This document shows positions 57,482 through 64,000 of a DNA stretch of 64,000 bases, one piece after another. The position numbers and the translations under genes were made by a program. The DNA lies in assembly GCA_044221725.1 (NCBI GenBank), contig JBGAON010000003.1, positions 448,001 through 512,000 on the forward strand, given 5' to 3'. Position 1 is the stretch's first letter; each line of letters starts with the position of its first letter. The stretch comes from Elusimicrobiota bacterium (GTDB lineage: Bacteria > Elusimicrobiota > Elusimicrobia > F11). The notes under the pieces were generated by a model. That model was not told where the DNA came from. It searched no databases and worked only from the letters and a program-made list of their open reading frames with translations.

Positions 57482-59512
57482 TTACTGACTTTCGACGTAA
57501 GGGAGGTTTAACGGGCCCGCTTGGCCGGCGTCAATGCGGTTCGTTTGATCTTCGATCGTAGGATCGAGCAAATCAATAAACGGTGTGACCTGACCGGAAG
57601 CGCCTCCGCCGAAATTTCGCTCGGTCGGGTTAACGAGAACGGACACAGGCAGTGGCTCTTCTTGCCGCTTTGTATTTTCGGTGCCCAGCAAACCGGCTGA
57701 AACTCTCCACCGTTTTGGATCGCCGCGCAACAATGTTCGCGGAAATGAAATCGAAAAAGTGTTCCCGTGCGATGTCACGGATTTGAGCGAAAGTAAACGC
57801 GGATTGCTGCCCGGTATCGCTTGATAGAGCGCAGCGCAGTTCGCCGATAACGCCACGCTGTATTCCCATGCTGCTTCTCTCATGAGGAGCGTATTTCCCC
57901 GGCGCCGCAACGCGTTGGTGCTGCCCGCGTCCGTTAATCGATTCACGTCGATATAAAAATCGAGCAGGGGCACGATGTTCGTTGGGTTGTTCGAAAAATT
58001 TTCAGCAACGTTGACGCGAAGCGTGATATCCGATTCGTCCCACGAAACCGATACCTGGCGCAAATCAAACATTCCCTTCGGATAGGCGCCTACCGGGTAA
58101 ACGTACTTTCCATTCCCGTTATCGTCACCTTTCGGGTCATTCCACGCAATATTCTGCGCTCCCTCCTCGAAAAACGGTTCATCGCTTTGCTGGGGTCTTG
58201 CGGTCGTCTTTTGCCAAGATCGTGCGGCGAACCACGTGTTAAGATTTGTTGGAACGGGTGTTTCGCACAAACGATAAATGTTCGCGAGTGTCGCCAAAAA
58301 GTTTCGTTCCCCGGAAGGTTTCTCGCCCGTATTGTTTGTGTTTGGATCATCGGAGCCAATGTTCAGCAAAAACTCGCCGCTTTCGGCCGTGCACATTTCT
58401 TCAATGGCGGCATCCAAACGTTGAAGCTTTGCGTGACCGGATCGCTGATACGTATCGATCACCTTTCGTGCGTCCGCCAGTGCGGCCCACGCCCGTTTTT
58501 GTTGCGGTAGGGAAACCCATGGCCCATAGTCGTTCGCAAAAGGGTCCGCTGACTTCGCAAGTTCAAACTCGTCGCGAAGCGGCTCGACGAAGAGTTGGGC
58601 GGTCGACGTGGCCAATTCGGTGTGCTTCGCCAAACCTTTCGCTAAGTACTCAAGAAAATATTGATCCGTTTTCGGATCTTCGAGCGACTCCGTATTAATA
58701 AGGACGAACGGATGTTCCATTGCCCACGCCGCGGTATGCTCGGCCCACGACCGGCCACCAACGGTCATCTCGTCAATCACGGGAGCCTTCGGCGGAACCA
58801 ATAACGCGATTCCGCCATAAAACCGGATACCCCAATTTTCGCTCGGGCGTCCCATGACCCAATTCATTCGAAATCGTTTGAGAGTCTCGACGACGTCTTC
58901 GGACAAACTTTGATGCGGTGGATAAAAACCGGTTGGTAACGCCGAGAAACGTTTCTGATATTTACCGCTGCCCCGCGCGATTTGAGCGGCGATATCTTCG
59001 GGCCACGCAAAATTGAATCCCCACTTGGCGACTTTTTCACCAGCGATTTGCAGATTGCCGAGAAGCGGTAGCATCGGCTCGTTCTCGAGCGCAAGTGCGA
59101 TTTCAATTTGCTTCGAACTCTGCAGTACCGCGAACTGCGATAGCAACGCACGGCGGCTCGCATCATCGAAATAGTGCGCCGGAAATATCAGGGTGAGGTG
59201 CAGGTCGTGATGCACTTTAAGAAAATCCAGCAACTTTTGTGGTTCTCCGTCCGGATGGGCGACGACAAAAACGGTGATGGATTTAAACGGTGACGGAATC
59301 TCGGTTGTCTCCGCCGCTTTGTTCGGGGCGGGCGACGGCGTTGCCTTTGGTGTCGTCACGCTATCGGGCGTTTTTGATTTTTTCTTTGGAGTCAATTCTG
59401 GGCGACGCGCGGCGGCCCAGATTCCCACCGTTGCAAAGAAGAACAGCAAGAATAAAGATTTTCGCGATCCAAAAATCAGAGACGTGCGTGCCAGCAAAGG
59501 CGGGACCAACAT
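57482..59512 (-). CDS. Membrane-anchored GH57-like (degenerate) + glucodextranase-C/DOMON-like protein
   Basis: N-terminal TM and Pro/Thr linker; QIEI...EPMLPLL, WPED..AQI and PTGFYPP match GH57 amylopullulanase regions; DPKGDDNGNGKYVYP...FDL marks the DOMON-like domain. Confidence 0.7.
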   Translation of the reverse strand: MLVPPLLARTSLIFGSRKSLFLLFFFATVGIWAAARRPELTPKKKSKTPDSVTTPKATPSPAPNKAAETTEIPSPFKSITVFVVAHPDGEPQKLLDFLKVHHDLHLTLIFPAHYFDDASRRALLSQFAVLQSSKQIEIALALENEPMLPLLGNLQIAGEKVAKWGFNFAWPEDIAAQIARGSGKYQKRFSALPTGFYPPHQSLSEDVVETLKRFRMNWVMGRPSENWGIRFYGGIALLVPPKAPVIDEMTVGGRSWAEHTAAWAMEHPFVLINTESLEDPKTDQYFLEYLAKGLAKHTELATSTAQLFVEPLRDEFELAKSADPFANDYGPWVSLPQQKRAWAALADARKVIDTYQRSGHAKLQRLDAAIEEMCTAESGEFLLNIGSDDPNTNNTGEKPSGERNFLATLANIYRLCETPVPTNLNTWFAARSWQKTTARPQQSDEPFFEEGAQNIAWNDPKGDDNGNGKYVYPVGAYPKGMFDLRQVSVSWDESDITLRVNVAENFSNNPTNIVPLLDFYIDVNRLTDAGSTNALRRRGNTLLMREAAWEYSVALSANCAALYQAIPGSNPRLLSLKSVTSHGNTFSISFPRTLLRGDPKRWRVSAGLLGTENTKRQEEPLPVSVLVNPTERNFGGGASGQVTPFIDLLDPTIEDQTNRIDAGQAGPLNLPYVESQ

Positions 59513-59540
59513 GACGCCGGCAGTATACAACTATATTTAT

Positions 59541-59571
59541 GCCGTCATTCCCGAATGACTTTATCGGGAAT
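59541..59571. repeat. REP-like palindrome abutting the barrel stop codon
   Basis: GCCGTCATTCCCGAATGACTTTATCGGGAAT. Confidence 0.55.
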
Positions 59572-60494
59572 TAAAACTTCATGTGCGCGGCGTAGCGAAA
59601 CGTATTTCCGAAATCGCCAAACGGAACCCACGCAAAATCCAAATCCAAACGACCAAATCCAAGTCCCCCGCCCAGAGTTAAACCGGCGGCGCCTGCGTCG
59701 GTGACGGTGGAGTTGTAACCGGTGCGCAGCGCAAAACGGTTTTTGGAACCAATGTCATGGCGATATTCGAGTCCAACACCAAATCCGGGGTCGTTATCGC
59801 GGAACCACCGCCCGTCGGCGGTCACTAGCAAATTCTGTCGCAGGAAAGTCGTCGCGACGCCGGCATCAACCATGAGTGGAAGCGGATCGGATTCGTTCCG
59901 GAATTCAACCGCTTGACCAAAGTTTTTAACGGCGAGGCCGAGCGATACGGGTTTTTCTTGCAGGCGTTTAATTACTCCGACGTCGCCGGCCCACGTGCCT
60001 GCGGAGGCGGCGTCGATCGACTGACTGATGTACCGGGCCGTAACACCGAGCGACGTGAGCGGTGTCAAATTGTGCCCATAGGAGAGCGCGTAGGCGGCGT
60101 CCATGGCTTTGAAGTCTCCGTTGTGCGTCTCGTCGGAGCCACGACGCTGAATATCTTCGACCTTTAGAGTCGACGCCGCAAACGCGAGCGCGCCGTGATT
60201 CGTCGGATAACAAAACGCTCCGAAATCGTAATTTGCATCGGCAATCCACTGCGTGTGCATCGCCGCAAATTCGGGACGCGCAACATCGGCGATGCCGGCC
60301 GGATTAAACGTCACCGAGTTCACATCTTCCGAAACCGCCACGAACGAATCCCCCATCGCCGTCGGACGGGCCCCCGCGCCGATTTTCAAAAATTGCGCGG
60401 CGGATGTTCCGACGTTTTTGTTCGTCGCAAAAACAAGTTGCGAACCAACCATCACGAGAGTGCTTGCGATGATGAGTTTCAGTGCCCGCATCAT
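59571..60494 (-). CDS. PorV/PorQ-like beta-barrel (third copy)
   Basis: AQFLKIGAGARPTAMGDSFVAVSEDVNSVTFNPAG, LRTGY and LDFAWVPFGDFG motifs; C-terminal Phe; ATGA overlap with the upstream CTD gene. Confidence 0.85.
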   Translation of the reverse strand: MMRALKLIIASTLVMVGSQLVFATNKNVGTSAAQFLKIGAGARPTAMGDSFVAVSEDVNSVTFNPAGIADVARPEFAAMHTQWIADANYDFGAFCYPTNHGALAFAASTLKVEDIQRRGSDETHNGDFKAMDAAYALSYGHNLTPLTSLGVTARYISQSIDAASAGTWAGDVGVIKRLQEKPVSLGLAVKNFGQAVEFRNESDPLPLMVDAGVATTFLRQNLLVTADGRWFRDNDPGFGVGLEYRHDIGSKNRFALRTGYNSTVTDAGAAGLTLGGGLGFGRLDLDFAWVPFGDFGNTFRYAAHMKF

Positions 60495-63400
60495 TTCAGC
60501 ACCGCCATCTTGATAAACCGCTTTTCCGAACCGACCGTCACGTGGCCGAGGTAAATTCCCGAAGCGACCTTTGTGCCGTGATCGTTCGTTCCGTCCCATT
60601 CAACATACGTGTGGGTACCGCCGGTGATGGTTCCCGCATCGATCGTTCGAACGAGTTCCCCCGCGATGTCGTAAATCTCGATCTTGGCCGATCCCGACAC
60701 CGTGGTGGGCGCGCTGATTTTGATCATCGTTCCCTGAATTGATTGCGACGCGCTGCTCGTGCCCGGATCCTGCAGCGTGACCGGTTTCATGTTCAGATCA
60801 AACGGATTTGGAAAATTAAAAATTTCGAGGTCGCCCGAATACCCGCCGCCGTGCACGATCGAAACACTGGATTCGAGTACGGTAAAGATCGAAGCGTGCC
60901 CAACTTCGACGGTAATCGTATGGTTCGTGCGATCCACGCGGCGATTCGTGTTCTCTATCGTGTACACACCCTGAGATTCGTTGAAGTAATAAACATTAAT
61001 GAGATCGGGATTCGCCGATTCGTCGTATTTCAATGTGAGCGATGGTTTGTTGTTGCGATCGAACACGTGACTGACGCCGGCCGGCAAAAAGATGTCATAG
61101 AAAGAGCTAAAGGGGTTCACTGACGGTGAGTCTTCAAGCGCTTTAATAGCGCGGTACATTCCTTCCGGATACGCCTTCGCTCCGAGCTGAGACGCGACGG
61201 CCATCGCCCCGATGCCGCGACGCCGCGTCGGCGAATGCAAAGCGGAGAGCGAAACCTGTCCATTGATACCCGTTACATCATCGGCGGACTGCATTTTCAT
61301 TATCAAACTTTCGTTTGAGCACGCGTTTGCTGGCACACTAAAGCCGGCGCCGTCGGGCAACGAAAGGTCCGCGCCGACGAGGCAATTCACTTCGTTTGTT
61401 TGTTGGGCGAGAATGCCGAGCGGTTGTTTGAAGCTGTCGGACACGTTGTAGTTGTCGCCGGTTTTTGGATTAATTTCGTCGGTGTTGAACGATGCATCAA
61501 ACTGCACGTAGTCGTTGCCGGTTTCGTTTCCGAGCGTGTAGGTGTAATTTGCGCCGTACCGGTCCGCGCTGAACGAATCGCCGGTCAGTGTGCCATTCCC
61601 TTTCGATATCGTCACAAACTGACTGAGATCGTTGTCCGCGTCGGACTTGTTGCGGAATTTTTGATTGCAAGCAAAGCGTGCGGAGATTTCGCTTTTCTCC
61701 GGAATCTTCAAGATGAAGTTCGCGGTGAGTTTTGGCTCGGATACCGCGTACGATAGATCAAGCGACGTGTCGGTGGCGGGCATTTCAAAGCTGTCTTTCA
61801 ACACTTTGGCGCGTCCCGATTTGTCGAGAGCGATGATTTTGTAAATCGTGTTCGCTTGCAGTCCATAGAACGTGTAACTGTCGACGTTTTCCACAGTGTC
61901 GTACGAGATTTTCGAAAGATTCGCGCGGTAGGTGTTTTTCAGCGAATCAACCGCGCGCAAATCGTCAATGTCGGTCGTTGTCGGCAGGTCGTTGCTTGTT
62001 GTTCGAATTTTGCCCGACAAGTTTGCACCGCCCGCCACAAGCGAGATCGTCCCTTGGTCGCTCACTTGACCGTTGATAACGATATTGGCCAGGCGTTTCG
62101 GCTGATGGTTCTTTGCAATGAAATCGAAATCGAATCGCCCCGTTGGAATATTGAGATTAAAACTGCCATCCGGGTTCGACAAAAATTCGTAGGTTTTCTT
62201 CTGGTTGCGCGGCGTCACAAGAATGCTCACGCCCGGTCGGTCCGCGTTGGCGCCGTAACCGGCCACCAACGATTGGTTTGACGAAGAGACAATCTGTCCT
62301 TTGATCGAACTTTTCACGCTCTGTAACGCCAGCGAGAGATTCGCGATCTGGCTGTCGGATTTGATATCGATCGAAAGACTCTGCGCTTCGGTAAACAACG
62401 GATTGGAATCCGTATTGCCGAGTGGATTTGCGATAAAGTCGTAGTAACGCACCGCATCCGAAGAAAGATTTTCAAATTTGAAAACGCCGACGTCGTTCGT
62501 AAACGTCTGAAGAGGTGAAATTGTTTTTGCCAGAGATTGATAGGCAAGAACCGGAATGTGAGGCAGCGTTGCTCCATTCTCATCCACGACCGTTCCAGAA
62601 ACCAGTTTCCCCTGTTTCAATGTTACGACACCGAGATCCACCACTTCGCCACCGGACGCAATGCGCGCGTGCAACAGCACCGGCAAGAAAGATTTTCCTT
62701 GGTCGTCTTGCGAAAGCGATGCTGGCGGTTGAATTGAAATATCGTAATCGAGATTCGGAAGAATCGACGCTTTGTATTTACCGTCGGTGCTGTCCAGTTC
62801 CATATTGATGATCTGGCCGCGCGTTGTCACGCGCACCGTGGAGTTTTTCGGCAACAACAAATCCTTGTTCGTGGATGTAACCAATGTTCCGAATTTGTTC
62901 GCGAGCGTCAGTTGAACAAGCCCCGCGTTCGAAAGCGCCAGCGTGGCTGATTTTGTGTCGGAAGCATTCAAAAGATTCACGACAACGGGTTTTGCCGTGT
63001 ACTTTGCCGGCGTGTTTTCGTCTTTGATCGACAACACGTAATCGCCGATGCGCAGATTCGAAAACGTAACGCTCGCTGATTTCCCTACCACCGAAATGGA
63101 TTTTTCCTGGATGACTTTCTTAAGCGCTGCATCAACGAGTTGAACTTTCAATTGATAGCTTGTTTCCGTGTCGGGCGTGGTAACCGCGACCGCAATGTCG
63201 CCGCCTTTTTGGATCGTAAAGTCTTGCGCGACGTTGGCGATTGGCGAGACGATCACGGACGATAACGGAAGGTCCGGTTTGCCATCGGCGTCGATATCTG
63301 GGTTGACGCTCACCAAATAGGAATTTCCCTTTTCGAGTCCATCAATCGAATACGTCCCGTTCGTTGTGTTGATGACGCCCCATTTAAATTTCGTTGGATT

Positions 63401-64000
63401 AAGAATTTGGCCCGCGATTGTTGGAAGTGGATCGGTTGTTCCGTCCGGATTTAAGAGCTGCGCTTGCACGCGCACGCTCGAGACCGATTGGTCGCCGGCG
63501 GTGGTATGGAACAAACTGTTCGTGCTGTTCGCGGCGATGTTCGCGAGCGAATCGTATGGCGGGGCCGCCGTCGTGCGAACGGTTCCGGCAATCGAGTAAT
63601 AAGACACCGCATTCAGATCAATTGAGACGTTCGTCGTTTTCCCGTTGGTGATGAACACGTCTTTGTTGCGTGAGGCGCCAGAGGCCGGATCATAAACGGA
63701 CAAGTTGTATTTGCCGTTGCTCAAATTCGAAAACGTAAATTGATTGCCGCTAATCGTGGGATTGCTGCGGTAATCCGCATCCTTATAGAGATAGGTGTAC
63801 ATGCTGTTCAGCGAAGAACCCACGGGACATGACACCGCTCCGACGAGAACACCCGAGTCCTGCGCGAAGCCAACGTTCAATGAACCAATCGATGACGCAA
63901 CCGTGAGCTTGAACGGTTGGGCACCGATCGGCGAAAAGCCTGACAAAGGATCAAAGAACACGTCGTACGTGCCGTTTGATAGACCAAGCACCGTTGCGGC
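60491..64000 (-). CDS. Large secreted protein with carboxypeptidase-regulatory-like/Ig repeats and T9SS/FlgD-like CTD (5' end outside the window)
   Basis: Repeated (I/V).G.V ... G.(F/Y).(F/I)..L..G.Y units; C-terminal NFPNPF...EIYDIAGELVR...EWDGTNDHGTKVASGIY...KMAVLK. The frame stays open to the window edge. Confidence 0.82.
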   Translation of the reverse strand, partial: AATVLGLSNGTYDVFFDPLSGFSPIGAQPFKLTVASSIGSLNVGFAQDSGVLVGAVSCPVGSSLNSMYTYLYKDADYRSNPTISGNQFTFSNLSNGKYNLSVYDPASGASRNKDVFITNGKTTNVSIDLNAVSYYSIAGTVRTTAAPPYDSLANIAANSTNSLFHTTAGDQSVSSVRVQAQLLNPDGTTDPLPTIAGQILNPTKFKWGVINTTNGTYSIDGLEKGNSYLVSVNPDIDADGKPDLPLSSVIVSPIANVAQDFTIQKGGDIAVAVTTPDTETSYQLKVQLVDAALKKVIQEKSISVVGKSASVTFSNLRIGDYVLSIKDENTPAKYTAKPVVVNLLNASDTKSATLALSNAGLVQLTLANKFGTLVTSTNKDLLLPKNSTVRVTTRGQIINMELDSTDGKYKASILPNLDYDISIQPPASLSQDDQGKSFLPVLLHARIASGGEVVDLGVVTLKQGKLVSGTVVDENGATLPHIPVLAYQSLAKTISPLQTFTNDVGVFKFENLSSDAVRYYDFIANPLGNTDSNPLFTEAQSLSIDIKSDSQIANLSLALQSVKSSIKGQIVSSSNQSLVAGYGANADRPGVSILVTPRNQKKTYEFLSNPDGSFNLNIPTGRFDFDFIAKNHQPKRLANIVINGQVSDQGTISLVAGGANLSGKIRTTSNDLPTTTDIDDLRAVDSLKNTYRANLSKISYDTVENVDSYTFYGLQANTIYKIIALDKSGRAKVLKDSFEMPATDTSLDLSYAVSEPKLTANFILKIPEKSEISARFACNQKFRNKSDADNDLSQFVTISKGNGTLTGDSFSADRYGANYTYTLGNETGNDYVQFDASFNTDEINPKTGDNYNVSDSFKQPLGILAQQTNEVNCLVGADLSLPDGAGFSVPANACSNESLIMKMQSADDVTGINGQVSLSALHSPTRRRGIGAMAVASQLGAKAYPEGMYRAIKALEDSPSVNPFSSFYDIFLPAGVSHVFDRNNKPSLTLKYDESANPDLINVYYFNESQGVYTIENTNRRVDRTNHTITVEVGHASIFTVLESSVSIVHGGGYSGDLEIFNFPNPFDLNMKPVTLQDPGTSSASQSIQGTMIKISAPTTVSGSAKIEIYDIAGELVRTIDAGTITGGTHTYVEWDGTNDHGTKVASGIYLGHVTVGSEKRFIKMAVLK

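Overview
Bacterial chromosomal window, about 54% GC by eye and densely coding. Several PorV/PorQ-like barrels next to FlgD/T9SS-CTD-like secreted proteins suggest Elusimicrobiota or a similar lineage; this is inference, not a database result. Housekeeping blocks: miaA-hflX-pgsA-plsY-gpsA-HU/IHF-merR, trpS-tldD-tldE, ispA, and tRNA-Ala-rsmD-argB-argD-eno-ftsB. Other clusters: a stress/carbon cluster (ppsA, SDR, TolC, DGC, D-hydroxyacid dehydrogenase, USP, P-type ATPase), a peptidoglycan-sugar recycling locus (nagZ, short BadF-type kinase, murQ, anmK, SSS transporter, namZ), and a Cys-motif trio (DUF1573, rhodanese, MauE/DoxX). The standout is a ~14.5 kb minus-strand operon (45156->30613) behind a near-consensus sigma-54 promoter. 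It encodes a small Ig-like protein, a 1956-aa repeat protein with a T9SS-like C-terminal domain (CTD), a PorV-like barrel fused to a CTD-like domain, a 993-aa TPR protein, ExbB + 2 ExbD + TonB-like motor proteins, and a CTD-like/OmpA-like protein. This is a candidate Ton/Exb-powered secretion or surface-display (possibly motility) machine; no canonical T9SS gldKLMN/sprA is visible in the window. Two more CTD-cargo/PorV-barrel pairs occur at 48-51 kb and 59.5-64 kb. Non-coding signals read directly from the sequence: a dispersed REP-like palindrome family (one copy read in-frame into a signal peptide), repeated leaderless-type promoters, two families of 11-bp-phased triple repeats, and a candidate small hairpin RNA. 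No CRISPR array, prophage or transposase was seen. All product calls are from motif recognition, without searches.
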